Shown piece after piece: positions 16,477-28,267 of a DNA stretch of 64,000 nt. The position numbers and the translations under genes are program-made. The notes beneath the pieces were generated by a model. That model did not search any database, was not told where the DNA came from, and saw nothing but the letters and a program-made list of their open reading frames with translations. The DNA is taken from contig CAKOWI010000002.1 of the NCBI GenBank assembly GCA_934122275.1, positions 64,762-128,761 of the forward strand. Reading direction: 5' to 3'. Source of the stretch: an uncultured Bacilli bacterium. Lineage in GTDB: Bacteria > Bacillota_I > Bacilli_A > RF39 > UBA660. Every line of letters starts with the position of its first letter. Positions within the stretch are counted from its first letter, which is position 1.

Positions 16477-18502
16477 ATTTAAGTTAAATGAACTTGACTG
16501 TGCAGGTTGTGCTTTAGAAATAGAAAAGAAGTTAAATGAAAATGATGAGATAAAGGAAGCTAGTGTTAACTTTTCTAAATTAATGATAACGGTTATAACT
16601 GATAATAAAGATGCAAAAAAGTTAGTTTCTAGTATTGTTAAAAAAGTAGAACCTGATAGTAAAGTTTTAGATTTAAACGAAAATATAGAAAATAAAAATA
16701 AGTTTAAATTTCATATAATAAGACTTATATCGGGTGTACTATTTGCACTACTTGGTATGTTCTTGTTTAAAGGTATTATATCTAAAGTATTTATAATATT
16801 AAGTTATGTAATACTTTTATATAGAACTTTTACAAGTGCTTTAAAGTTATTATTTAAATCAAAGACAATAAATGAGAATATGTTAGTTACAATATCTTGT
16901 ATTGGAGCCTATTTAACTGGTAATTCTCATGAAGGTTTAATGGTTATAGTTCTTTATGAGATAGGTAAAATATTAGAGGAAATAGCAGTTAATAACTCAA
17001 GACGTTCAATTAGTAATTTGATGGATATAAAGCCAGCTTATGCTAATTTAAAGGTAGATGAGGAAATATATGAAGTAGAGCCTGAAAAAGTTTCTATAGG
17101 AGATATAATAGTTATTAAAAGTGGTGAAAAAATACCTTTAGATGGTGTTATCATAGAAGGAAAGGCACGTCTTAATACTTCTGCTTTAACTGGTGAATCT
17201 AAGCTAAGGGATGTAACTATTAATGATGAGGTTTTATCAGGATGTATAAATGAGTCAGGGCTTATACTTATAAAGGTTTCTAGTGAATATGAAGATAGTA
17301 CAGTTTCTAAAATTCTTGAATTAACTGAAAATGCAAGTGATAGAAAGGCAAAAACTGAAACCTTTGTATCAAAAGCTGCTAAAATATATACACCAATAAT
17401 AATGGTACTTGCATTTTTAATAGCAGTATTACTTCCTATTTTTGGAGTAAGTTTTAAAGTATCAATATATAGAGCACTTGTATTTTTAGTAGTATCATGT
17501 CCTTGTGCCATTGCAATAAGTGTACCACTTGGATATTTTTCCGGAATAGGAAAGGCTTCTAAATGTGGAATTCTTGTAAAGGGAAGTGATTATCTAGAAC
17601 ACTTAAGTATGGTAAATAAAATAGTTTTTGATAAAACTGGTACTATAACAACTGGTAAGGCATCAAGCTATAAACTTGAAATACTAGATAAAAACTATAA
17701 AGAAAAGGATATAATAAATTACTATATAAAGGGTGAGGCTTTATCAAATCATCCGCTTGCAAAATCTATTGTTAGTATATTTAATAAGAAAGTAAGTACA
17801 AATGATGTTACTAATTATAAAGAGCATTCAGGTAAAGGAATATCTTATGAACTTGACGGCAAGAAAATAAAGATAGGGTCATCTTCTTTTGTAAAAGCTA
17901 AAGATAAATCATCTTCTGTTTATTTATCCATTAATGATAAAATTATATCAAAATTAGAATTAATGGACGGTGTTAAAAAAGATTCTAAAGATGCAATTAG
18001 TATGCTAAAGAATGAAAATATTATTACATATATGTTTACAGGTGATGATAAGGAAGTTGCTCTTGATATAGCAAATAAAGTCGGAGTAGATGAAGCAAAA
18101 TATGAGATGCTTCCAGAAGATAAGTATGAAGAACTTGAAAAGATAATAAAATCAAATGATAAAAAAACTGCTTTCGTTGGTGATGGTATAAATGATGCTC
18201 CATCTTTAGCACTTGCTGATATAGGTATTTCAATGGGAATGAATGGATCATCTTCAGCAATTGAAGCATCTGATGTTGTAATTATGAATGATTCACTAAC
18301 TAAAATACCAGAAGCAATTAAAATATCGAGATTTACAAAAAAAATAATAGTTCAAAACCTAGTATTTGCTCTAGGAGTAAAATTAATAGTACTTATACTA
18401 AGTGCTTTTGGAATTGCTAATATGTGGCAAGCTGTATTTGCGGATACAGGTGTTACTTTACTTACTATTTTAAATACTACAAGGATACTAAAAAGAAAAT
18501 AA
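16466..18502 (+). CDS. Heavy-metal (Cd/Zn/Co-type) P1B-type ATPase
   Basis: N-terminal HMA 'DCAGCALE', TM6 'CPC', 'DKTGTIT', 'GDGINDAP'. Overlaps the regulator stop by 11 nt. Confidence 0.9.
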   Translation: MKYKFKLNELDCAGCALEIEKKLNENDEIKEASVNFSKLMITVITDNKDAKKLVSSIVKKVEPDSKVLDLNENIENKNKFKFHIIRLISGVLFALLGMFLFKGIISKVFIILSYVILLYRTFTSALKLLFKSKTINENMLVTISCIGAYLTGNSHEGLMVIVLYEIGKILEEIAVNNSRRSISNLMDIKPAYANLKVDEEIYEVEPEKVSIGDIIVIKSGEKIPLDGVIIEGKARLNTSALTGESKLRDVTINDEVLSGCINESGLILIKVSSEYEDSTVSKILELTENASDRKAKTETFVSKAAKIYTPIIMVLAFLIAVLLPIFGVSFKVSIYRALVFLVVSCPCAIAISVPLGYFSGIGKASKCGILVKGSDYLEHLSMVNKIVFDKTGTITTGKASSYKLEILDKNYKEKDIINYYIKGEALSNHPLAKSIVSIFNKKVSTNDVTNYKEHSGKGISYELDGKKIKIGSSSFVKAKDKSSSVYLSINDKIISKLELMDGVKKDSKDAISMLKNENIITYMFTGDDKEVALDIANKVGVDEAKYEMLPEDKYEELEKIIKSNDKKTAFVGDGINDAPSLALADIGISMGMNGSSSAIEASDVVIMNDSLTKIPEAIKISRFTKKIIVQNLVFALGVKLIVLILSAFGIANMWQAVFADTGVTLLTILNTTRILKRK

Positions 18503-18560
18503 TTTCAAAAATACATTCTATTGTGTTACAAGATGTAATATGATAAAATGTATTTGTTAA

Positions 18561-18634
18561 GCCTCCTTAGTTAAGTGGTATAACGCAGCCATGGTAAGGC
18601 TGAATTGTAGGTCCGATTCCTACAGGAGGCACCA
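18561..18634 (+). tRNA. tRNA-Thr (anticodon GGT)
   Basis: Acceptor gcctcct/aggaggc, anticodon stem cagcc/ggctg with loop atGGTaa, T-arm gtagg-tccgatt-cctac, CCA end. Confidence 0.88.
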
Positions 18635-18659
18635 GATTAATTGATAACTCAAACTTTTT
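18625..18659 (+). repeat. attL-like copy: tRNA-Thr 3' end plus flank 'ggcaccagattaattgataactcaaactttt'
   Basis: Imperfect direct repeat with 20064-20094 'gggcaccagattgatagttactcgaactttt'. Confidence 0.45.
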
Positions 18660-18816
18660 AAGATAAGTATAAAAACTACTTTCAAATTTAATTGGAAGTA
18701 GTTTTATTTTGATAATTTAGAAACACACTTGCATATTGACATATCGATTAGCGTGTGGAATTCATTTAGTAATTCAATTTTAAATAAGTTGTGTTATAAT
18801 AATAAACTAAAAGGAG

Positions 18817-19749
18817 ATGATAGTTATCAAAACAGAAGAATTAAATAGATATATTAATGCACTACTAAATAAATCAGAGGAAGCATATTTAATGTCAATT
18901 GAGATAATAAATAAACCTACTATTAATTATAGAACTGAAGGATTTTGTTTTTTTATCTGTAATGCTTGGGAATTATTATTAAAAGCATATCTTATTAATA
19001 AAGCAAAAGATATCAATGTAATAAATTATAAAGATGGTACTAATAGAACAATTGGACTAGATGAATGTGTAGAGAAAGTTTTTACAAGTACAACAGATAA
19101 AACAAAGAACAATATTTCTTTTGTTAGAAATATTAGAAATAAAGCAACACATCTAATATTACCAGAATATGATTTTATATTATCTTCTGCTTTTCAAAGA
19201 TGTTTAACAAACTATAATAAATTTTTCAAAAAACAATTTCCAGAATATAATTTAAATGAAAAAGTAACACCATATATTGCGTTAGTTAATCCTGGAGATG
19301 ATAAAGATGTTTCATCTTTAATATTAAATCCTAGTAATTTGCTAATGCTTAAAAAAATAAAAAAAGAATTAGATTCAGATGAAAATTTAACTCAAACATT
19401 AAGATTAGTATCTACTAAAAAAGAATCAGAAGCGGATATTAAATACACAGTTGTTAAAGATGGTGGAGAAAAAGCTACAGTAATTAATGTTCCAAAAGAT
19501 ATTGATAAAACTCATCCTTATACTGCTACAGAAGTAATTAAAAAGATAAAAGAAACATTGGAGCTATCTCTAGGTCCAAATCATAAATTTACATCAAATA
19601 AATTTCAAGATATATGCAAAAGAAAGGGAATAAAGAATAATCAAGATTATTGTTATCAGTTTCCTTATTCTAAAACCAAAATTTATAAATATAGTGATAT
19701 AACAATTGAATATATTAGTCAAGTTTACATCGAAGAATTCAAGAAATAA
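18817..19749 (+). CDS. Orphan protein with Rx4H (HEPN-like) motif, possible Abi-type
   Basis: 310 aa. 'ISFVRNIRNKATHL' carries R-N-x3-H. The N-terminal 'IEIINKPTINYRTEGFCFFICNAWELLLKAYLI' resembles an uncharacterised DUF family (DUF3644-like, by memory and unverified). Confidence 0.55.
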   Translation: MIVIKTEELNRYINALLNKSEEAYLMSIEIINKPTINYRTEGFCFFICNAWELLLKAYLINKAKDINVINYKDGTNRTIGLDECVEKVFTSTTDKTKNNISFVRNIRNKATHLILPEYDFILSSAFQRCLTNYNKFFKKQFPEYNLNEKVTPYIALVNPGDDKDVSSLILNPSNLLMLKKIKKELDSDENLTQTLRLVSTKKESEADIKYTVVKDGGEKATVINVPKDIDKTHPYTATEVIKKIKETLELSLGPNHKFTSNKFQDICKRKGIKNNQDYCYQFPYSKTKIYKYSDITIEYISQVYIEEFKK

Positions 19750-20063
19750 AAAAATTGTGAATAATTAATAATTATGTGTTATAATATATATGTAGATGGG
19801 ATACTTGTGAAGGAATAACGATGTGTTGGCAATGCCAGTAAGCATACTTTGTATGTGAGCATTCATCTCGCCTGGGGTACCCATCATTTTTTATGAAATT
19901 TTTTGTAGAAATTGTGTACAATATTACACTAACAAATTGACTAGATACTAATTAAAAAACTAAAAATATATATATAAATGAATTTAATGTTATAATATAG
20001 TTGATTAATAGTTATTACTAACTATGTCTTTTGCCATAGAAGTTATTCTACTTCTTTCCTTAG

Positions 20064-20094
20064 GGCACCAGATTGATAGTTACTCGAACTTTTC
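20064..20094 (+). repeat. attR-like copy of the tRNA-Thr 3' end
   Basis: See 18625-18659. Confidence 0.45.
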
Positions 20095-20275
20095 GAATTT
20101 ATATACTAAAATGCACTATAACTGTGCAAAAATTGTCTAAAAAACGCAAAAATGCACAATATTTTTGATATATTGTGCATTTTTATTTGTTTTTTTAAAT
20201 ATTATATTATTTTAAAGGTAAAAGGTGCATTTATGCAGTATTGTATATTAGAAGGATATTTATGAAAGGAATTTT

Positions 20276-22531
20276 ATGTTAGAACTTATTGGTATAAAAA
20301 AGGTTTATAAAAATAAGAATTATGTACAAACTGCATTAAATAATGTTAATCTTAAGTTTAGAAAAAAAGAATTTGTATCAATACTTGGTGAATCGGGTAG
20401 TGGTAAAACAACACTATTAAATATAATAGGTGGTCTTGATAAATATACAGATGGTGACTTTATAATAAATGGTATAAGCACTAAAGACTATGATGAAAAG
20501 TCGTGGGATATATATAGAAACAAAAACGTTGGATTTATATTCCAAAATTATAATTTGATAAACAATCAATCTATACTGTTTAACGTTGAGCTGGCATTAT
20601 CACTTAATGCATTGTCAAAGAAAAAAAGAAGAAAATTAGCGATTAATGCTTTAAGAAAAGTTGGATTAGTTAAATATATGAATAAAAAGCCTAATGAATT
20701 ATCAGGTGGGCAGATGCAAAGAGTTGCAATTGCAAGAAGTATCGTTAATAATCCTGATATAATTTTAGCAGATGAACCTACCGGTGCTTTAGATTTGAAA
20801 AATAGTTATGAAGTTATGAACATACTAAAAGAAATATCAAAAGAAAAGTTAGTTATAGTAGTTACTCATAATTCAAAACTAGCTTTAAAATATTCAACTA
20901 GAACGTTAAAAATAAGGGACGGGAAAATAATTTATGATTCTAATAAGTATCTTAATTCAAATAGCTGTCCTAAAATGAGTAATATAAAAAGGCGAAAACT
21001 TCCAATTTTTATGGCAATAAAACTATCTTTTAATAATTTATTAGCCAAAAAAGGTAGAACAATACTAACTACGTTAGCTAATTCTATTGGAATAATAGGA
21101 ATTACGGTAATTTTATCATTTTGTAATGGAATAGATAAATATATTAATAACCTAGAAGAAAAAATGGTTAACATATATCCAATTGTTATACAAAGAAAAA
21201 GCGTTATTAATCAAAATAAAATTAGTGAAAAAAAGAAATATAACAAAAATAAAATATATGCAGTTAAGGATGATAGTATCAAAATTCAAGATACAAAAAA
21301 GTTTAAAAAATACTTAAATGAAAAAAGTAAAGATATAGAAAAATATTCAAGTAATTTGAACTATGGATATGATATATCCATGAATCTTTATAAAAATAAT
21401 GGTAATATTTTATCTAAAGTGTCAGTGCCAGATGAAAATTTATTTTTTATACTTTCTGAAGATAATGCTAAATCTTTTAAGATAATAGATGGAACATTTC
21501 CAAAAAATTATAATGATATAGTTTTAATTATTGATGAAAATAATGAGATATCAAAAGAAACACTTCGTAACTTAGGCATAATAGATACTAATACAAATGA
21601 TGAAAAAACAATATATAAACCTAGTGATTTTATCGGATTAACATATAAATTAGCTTTGAATGTAGATTATTATAAAAAAGAAAATAATGTATGGATTAAT
21701 ATGATTGAAAATGAGTCGTATCTAGATGGTATAAGTAATAAATTAGATGAATTAAAAATAGTTGGTGTTGTTAAGAAAAAGAATGGTGATGATCTTAATA
21801 ATTATGGAAAAATAGGATACAGTCCTTTATTGGTTAATCACATGATTAATAAGATAAATAATTCTTTAATAGTAAATGAGCAGATAAATAATAAAAATAT
21901 AAATGTATTTACTAACATGGAGTTTACTAATTCTAGATATTTAGATAATTTAAATATACTTAATGTAGTTAATGAAGATATTCCTGATGTTATTTATATT
22001 TATCCTAAGGACTTTAACTCTAAAAAAGAAATCATTAATTTAATAGATAATTATAATTTAAATGAAGAAAAAATTGATTATATTGATAGTATAGGTTCTT
22101 TACTAAATAGTATTTCTTTATTTACTAATATAATAAGTAAAGTACTAATTATGTTTGTTTTTGTAAGCTTGGTTGTATCTTCAATAATGATGTCTGTAAT
22201 AACGTATATATCGGTGATAGAAAGAACAAGAGAAATTGGTATTTTAAGGTCTCTTGGTATGAGTAAAGGTGATATATCAAAAATCTTTAACGTTGAAACT
22301 ATTTTAGAGGGATTATTTTCTGGAATTTTTGGAGTATCATTTGCTAGTATAATTAATCTGTTATTAAATCTAATTATTAAAAATGAGTTTAAAGTATCGC
22401 TAGTTGTTTCTGCTAAAATATCTAATATCTTATCATTAATTATGTTAAGTATTTTTCTTGCTTTACTTTCAGGATATATCCCATCTAAAATGGCTGGTAA
22501 AAAAGAAATAGTATTATCTCTTAAATCTTAA
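20276..22531 (+). CDS. Fused ABC transporter (ATP-binding domain + FtsX/MacB-type permease)
   Basis: Walker A 'GESGSGKTT', signature 'LSGGQMQR', Walker B 'ILADEPT'; C-terminal four-TM FtsX-like domain; 751 aa. Confidence 0.85.
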   Translation: MLELIGIKKVYKNKNYVQTALNNVNLKFRKKEFVSILGESGSGKTTLLNIIGGLDKYTDGDFIINGISTKDYDEKSWDIYRNKNVGFIFQNYNLINNQSILFNVELALSLNALSKKKRRKLAINALRKVGLVKYMNKKPNELSGGQMQRVAIARSIVNNPDIILADEPTGALDLKNSYEVMNILKEISKEKLVIVVTHNSKLALKYSTRTLKIRDGKIIYDSNKYLNSNSCPKMSNIKRRKLPIFMAIKLSFNNLLAKKGRTILTTLANSIGIIGITVILSFCNGIDKYINNLEEKMVNIYPIVIQRKSVINQNKISEKKKYNKNKIYAVKDDSIKIQDTKKFKKYLNEKSKDIEKYSSNLNYGYDISMNLYKNNGNILSKVSVPDENLFFILSEDNAKSFKIIDGTFPKNYNDIVLIIDENNEISKETLRNLGIIDTNTNDEKTIYKPSDFIGLTYKLALNVDYYKKENNVWINMIENESYLDGISNKLDELKIVGVVKKKNGDDLNNYGKIGYSPLLVNHMINKINNSLIVNEQINNKNINVFTNMEFTNSRYLDNLNILNVVNEDIPDVIYIYPKDFNSKKEIINLIDNYNLNEEKIDYIDSIGSLLNSISLFTNIISKVLIMFVFVSLVVSSIMMSVITYISVIERTREIGILRSLGMSKGDISKIFNVETILEGLFSGIFGVSFASIINLLLNLIIKNEFKVSLVVSAKISNILSLIMLSIFLALLSGYIPSKMAGKKEIVLSLKS

Positions 22532-22600
22532 TAAAACCTAAACTTTTAATTTATATATTACTAATTATGTGATATGATAGTAAGGAAAAAGGGTGATAAG

Positions 22601-23077
22601 ATGGATGAGTATTATGAAATAGTTAAAGATATATTAAATAATGAAGAGTTTATTAAACGAAAAACGTATAGACATCATGGAAATATAACGGTTTATGATC
22701 ATTGTCTTAGAGTGTCCATAATGGCATATAAAATATCTAAAAGACTTAAACTTGGTGATTATAAAGAAGCTGCTATAGGCGGTCTTTTACATGATTTTTA
22801 TTATAAACCATGGCAAGAAAATAAAGAAAAAAAGCCATTTTTTAAAAAACATGGCTTTGTTCATGCAAGTGAAGCATTAGAAAACTCTAAAATATATTTT
22901 CCAGATTATATTGATGAAAAAACAGAAAATATAATTTTAAGACATATGTTTCCACTTAATATAATACCACCAAAATATAAAGAATCTTGGATAGTATCAA
23001 TATCGGATAAAATAGTATCTTTAGAAACGATAAAAGAACCTGTTTTTTTTCTGGCTCTTTTTGGAATAAAAAAATAA
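22601..23077 (+). CDS. HD-domain phosphohydrolase (paralogue 2)
   Basis: 'HHGNITVYDHCLRVSIMAY...GGLLHDFYY...LRHMFP...KYKESWIVSISDKIVS'. The ATG at 22601 has RBS 'aagggtga'. Confidence 0.65.
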   Translation: MDEYYEIVKDILNNEEFIKRKTYRHHGNITVYDHCLRVSIMAYKISKRLKLGDYKEAAIGGLLHDFYYKPWQENKEKKPFFKKHGFVHASEALENSKIYFPDYIDEKTENIILRHMFPLNIIPPKYKESWIVSISDKIVSLETIKEPVFFLALFGIKK

Positions 23078-23132
23078 TTTACAAAAACAATTGTTCGTGT
23101 TAAAATTATATATGTTAGAAGAAGGTGATTAT

Positions 23133-23684
23133 GTGTTTTCATACATAAATGGAGTTATTAAAGAAATAGAAAGTAACTACATAGTAGTAGAGTGTAGTGG
23201 GATAGGTTACATGGTTTTTGTTTCAAATCCTTATTCATTTAAAATAGAGGAAACAAAAAAAGTATATGTATATCAAGTTATTAGAGAAGATGAAAATACC
23301 TTATATGGATTTAAGACTAAAGAAGATAGAGATTTATTTTTAAAACTAATTAGTGTTAAAGGACTAGGACCAAAAATGGCAATAGTAATGGTAACTGGTG
23401 ATAATAAAGATAACATATATGAAGCTATTGAAAAAGGAGATATTAATTATCTTAAAAAGTTTCCTAAAATAGGTGATAAAGTAGCAAGACAAATTATTCT
23501 CGATTTAAAGGGGAAGTTAACTAGTGATTCTAATACTTCTAAAGAAGACTTTAAAGAGCTTACTGAAACATTAAAATCATTAGGATATAAACCTTTGGAT
23601 ATTAAAAGAATACTACCTAATATTGATGGAAGTAAAAAACTTGAATTACAAATTAAAGATGCACTGAAATTATTATTAAAATAG
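23133..23684 (+). CDS. ruvA: Holliday junction DNA helicase RuvA
   Basis: 'FSYINGVIKEIESNYIVVECSGIGYMV' OB-fold start and HhH 'LISVKGLGPKMA'. GTG start at 23133 (RBS 'gaaggtga') is preferred over the track's 23091. Confidence 0.85.
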   Translation: MFSYINGVIKEIESNYIVVECSGIGYMVFVSNPYSFKIEETKKVYVYQVIREDENTLYGFKTKEDRDLFLKLISVKGLGPKMAIVMVTGDNKDNIYEAIEKGDINYLKKFPKIGDKVARQIILDLKGKLTSDSNTSKEDFKELTETLKSLGYKPLDIKRILPNIDGSKKLELQIKDALKLLLK

Positions 23685-23708
23685 TTTTGTTATAAAGGAA
23701 GGGATATT

Positions 23709-24707
23709 ATGGATAACAGATTAGTTACTGGAGATAAACTAAAAGAAGATAATTTTGAATCTACTATAAGACCCAGGACTATTGATGAGTATATAGGACA
23801 AAAAGACATAAAAGAAAACATTAAAATTTTTATGGCTGCTGCTAAAATGAGAGGAGAGTCGTTAGATCATGTTTTATTATACGGACCTCCTGGTCTTGGT
23901 AAAACAACCCTTTCTTATGTAATAGCAAATGAAATGGGAGCTAACATTAAAACAGCATCTGGTCCAACTATAGAAAAATCTGGAGATCTTGCATCTATAT
24001 TATCATCACTTGAAGAAGGAGATGTTCTATTTATAGATGAAATACATAGAATTCCTAGATTTGTTGAAGAAATATTATATTCAGCAATGGAAGATTTTAC
24101 TCTTGATATAATGGTTGGAAGTGAAGGTTCAACTAGAAACTTAAGAATAGACTTACCTCATTTTACTTTAGTTGGAGCAACAACTAGAGTTGGTGATTTA
24201 TCCGCACCACTTAGAGATAGATTTGGAATTGTGTCTAAACTTAATTATTATACTGAAGAAGAAATAACCGAAATCATTAAGAGAAGTTCTAGGGTACTTA
24301 ATTTAAATATAGAAGATGATGCAGCTAAAGAGCTTGCAAATAGATGTCGTAGAACTCCTAGAATAGCCAATAGACTATTAAAAAGAGTTAGTGATTTTGC
24401 ACTCGTAAAAGGGGATGGAACTATCACATTAGATATAACTAAGTTTGCTTTAAACTCTTTAAAGGTAGATAAATTAGGATTAGATGAGGTTGATTACGAG
24501 TTATTAAAAACCATTATATATAAGTTTAATGGTGGACCTGTTGGAATAGAAGCAGTAGCGGCATCTATTGGAGAAGAAGTATCTACAATTGAGGATGTAT
24601 GTGAACCTTATTTATTACAAATAGGTTATTTAAAAAGAACACCAAGAGGAAGAGTAGTAACTGATTTAGCATATAAACATTTAAATATTGAAAGGAATAC
24701 AAAATGA
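23709..24707 (+). CDS. ruvB: Holliday junction DNA helicase RuvB
   Basis: '[11 protein letters not shown]', Walker A 'GPPGLGKTT', 'LFIDEIHR'. Confidence 0.96.
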   Translation: MDNRLVTGDKLKEDNFESTIRPRTIDEYIGQKDIKENIKIFMAAAKMRGESLDHVLLYGPPGLGKTTLSYVIANEMGANIKTASGPTIEKSGDLASILSSLEEGDVLFIDEIHRIPRFVEEILYSAMEDFTLDIMVGSEGSTRNLRIDLPHFTLVGATTRVGDLSAPLRDRFGIVSKLNYYTEEEITEIIKRSSRVLNLNIEDDAAKELANRCRRTPRIANRLLKRVSDFALVKGDGTITLDITKFALNSLKVDKLGLDEVDYELLKTIIYKFNGGPVGIEAVAASIGEEVSTIEDVCEPYLLQIGYLKRTPRGRVVTDLAYKHLNIERNTK

Positions 24708-25675
24708 ATGTAATTAATTTTAATGATGCTCTTGAAAATGGAAATAAAAATAAAAAAATAATTGATGATATAACTAAAAAATATCAAGAATTATTAGCTA
24801 CTGAAGAGGCTAGTGATTATTATGATGGTAATTTAGAATTTCTTATTAATAATTATGAAAAAATAAATGAGCAATTTAAAAGTGGTATAAGATCTAATAA
24901 AAGTTTGCTTTTGTTTATTGATAGACTAAATACTATATTTAAGAATGTAAGAAGTTATGAAACACCTATTTTTTTACTTGTGTACTATAACTTATATAGA
25001 ATATATGAAGATGAGTTATTTAAATTATCTAATGATGATATTCTTTTAGCTATAAACGTATGCTTTGAATATGCTAAAGATAACAGTATAGCAAAAAGTG
25101 ATGATTTAATTGATTCCTTTTTTAAGTATAAAGATAGAATTGAGAAACTAGTTGATATTGCTAGCAAACAAGAATATGAGTACAGTCGTACTAATGATTT
25201 TATGAATAATTATTTGGATGCTTATGATTTATATGTTTCTACTTCAAGAAATGTATCGATGAGATATTATTTAGATGACATTATATTAGAACGTACTGAA
25301 ATGGAAGATACACATGAGGATGAAAAATTGACCTTTCAATCAGTTTATGATAACCTATATGGTTGGTATTGTTTTTGTTCATCGTCTGTAAGAAAAAATA
25401 TAGAAAATAGTAAGATTAAAAATAAACTTATAGATCTTAATGAAATAAAGTCGGTTGAAAAAGAATTAAACTCACTTGATGAAAAGATGAGTAAATTTGG
25501 TATGAAACTTGATACAATAAGTCATAATGAAGAATATAGTGAAAAAACACTTGATACAATACAACTGATTTTAAGTAACAAAAATGATAATATGATAGAA
25601 AAATTAAAAAAGGTACTTAATTTGGTTGATACAGTATTTAATATGGTTAAAGAAAAGGGAGGTATGAAAAAATGA
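24704..25675 (+). CDS. Hypothetical protein translationally coupled between ruvB and queA
   Basis: 323 aa; start overlaps the ruvB stop (ATGA) and stop overlaps the queA start (ATGA); no recognisable motif. Confidence 0.6.
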   Translation: MNVINFNDALENGNKNKKIIDDITKKYQELLATEEASDYYDGNLEFLINNYEKINEQFKSGIRSNKSLLLFIDRLNTIFKNVRSYETPIFLLVYYNLYRIYEDELFKLSNDDILLAINVCFEYAKDNSIAKSDDLIDSFFKYKDRIEKLVDIASKQEYEYSRTNDFMNNYLDAYDLYVSTSRNVSMRYYLDDIILERTEMEDTHEDEKLTFQSVYDNLYGWYCFCSSSVRKNIENSKIKNKLIDLNEIKSVEKELNSLDEKMSKFGMKLDTISHNEEYSEKTLDTIQLILSNKNDNMIEKLKKVLNLVDTVFNMVKEKGGMKK

Positions 25676-26694
25676 GAACAGAAGATTTTGATTATTATTT
25701 ACCGCAAGAGTTAATAGCACAAACTCCGCTTGAAAAAAGGGATACGTCAAGAATGATGGTATTAGATAAAATAAGTGGTAATTATGAAGATAAACATTTT
25801 ACTGATTTAATTGATTATTTAAATGAGGGAGATACTATAGTTTTAAATGATACAAAGGTGCTTCCTGCAAGATTAATTGGAAATAAATCTGATACTAATG
25901 CTGTTATAGAACTTTTATTATTAAAAGAGTTAGATAATAATAACTGGGAATGTTTGACAAGACCTGCTAAAAGAGTAAAAAAAGGAACCATAGTAAATTT
26001 TTCTGATAAATTAAAGGCTTTATGTATTGAAGAAGGAAATGATGGGTTAAGGGTTTTTAAGCTTATATATTCTGGTATATTACTTGAAATATTAGATGAA
26101 TTAGGTGAAATGCCTTTACCTCCTTATATAAAAGAAAAATTGTCTGATAAAAATAGATATCAGACGGTATATGCAAGACAAGTAGGAAGTGCTGCTGCTC
26201 CAACAGCTGGTCTTCACTTTACAAAAGAATATATAGAAAAAATTAAAGCAAAGGGAGTTAATGTTGCATTTGTTACTTTGCATGTTGGACTTGGAACATT
26301 TAGACCTGTTGTTGAAAGTGATATTTCAAAACATGAAATGCACGAGGAATATTATGAATTATCAGAGAAAGTAGCTAATCTTTTAAACAAAACAAGAAAA
26401 AATGGTAAGAAGATTATTGCAGTTGGTACAACATCTACTAGAACACTAGAGTCAGTAGCTAATGATGAGGGATTTTTTGAAGCTAAGAAAGGCCTAACTA
26501 AAATATTTATATATCCAGGATATAAATTTAAGGCAATAGATGCATTACTTACTAACTTTCATTTGCCAAAATCCACTCTTATTATGTTAATTAGTGCATT
26601 AGCTGGGAAGGAAAATGTTTTAAAAGCATACAAACATGCTGTAGAAGAAAGATATAGATTTTTCTCATTTGGTGATTGTATGTTTATAAAATAA
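25672..26694 (+). CDS. queA: S-adenosylmethionine:tRNA ribosyltransferase-isomerase
   Basis: '[14 protein letters not shown]...RDTSRMMVL' QueA N-terminus; 340 aa. Confidence 0.93.
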   Translation: MRTEDFDYYLPQELIAQTPLEKRDTSRMMVLDKISGNYEDKHFTDLIDYLNEGDTIVLNDTKVLPARLIGNKSDTNAVIELLLLKELDNNNWECLTRPAKRVKKGTIVNFSDKLKALCIEEGNDGLRVFKLIYSGILLEILDELGEMPLPPYIKEKLSDKNRYQTVYARQVGSAAAPTAGLHFTKEYIEKIKAKGVNVAFVTLHVGLGTFRPVVESDISKHEMHEEYYELSEKVANLLNKTRKNGKKIIAVGTTSTRTLESVANDEGFFEAKKGLTKIFIYPGYKFKAIDALLTNFHLPKSTLIMLISALAGKENVLKAYKHAVEERYRFFSFGDCMFIK

Positions 26695-26700
26695 ACTTGA

Positions 26701-28202
<1,502 letters not shown>

Positions 28203-28267
28203 CTCTAATTAAATATATTATTTGTATATAAAATTATGATTGTGAACATAACATTAATGGTGATTAT

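Noticed and set aside
18635-20063. Interpreting the tRNA-Thr islet as an intact integrative element or prophage remnant with functional integrase
   Set aside because: The segment is only ~1.4 kb and encodes a single non-recombinase ORF. Only the att-like repeat supports mobility, so it is reported as a relic islet rather than a mobile element.
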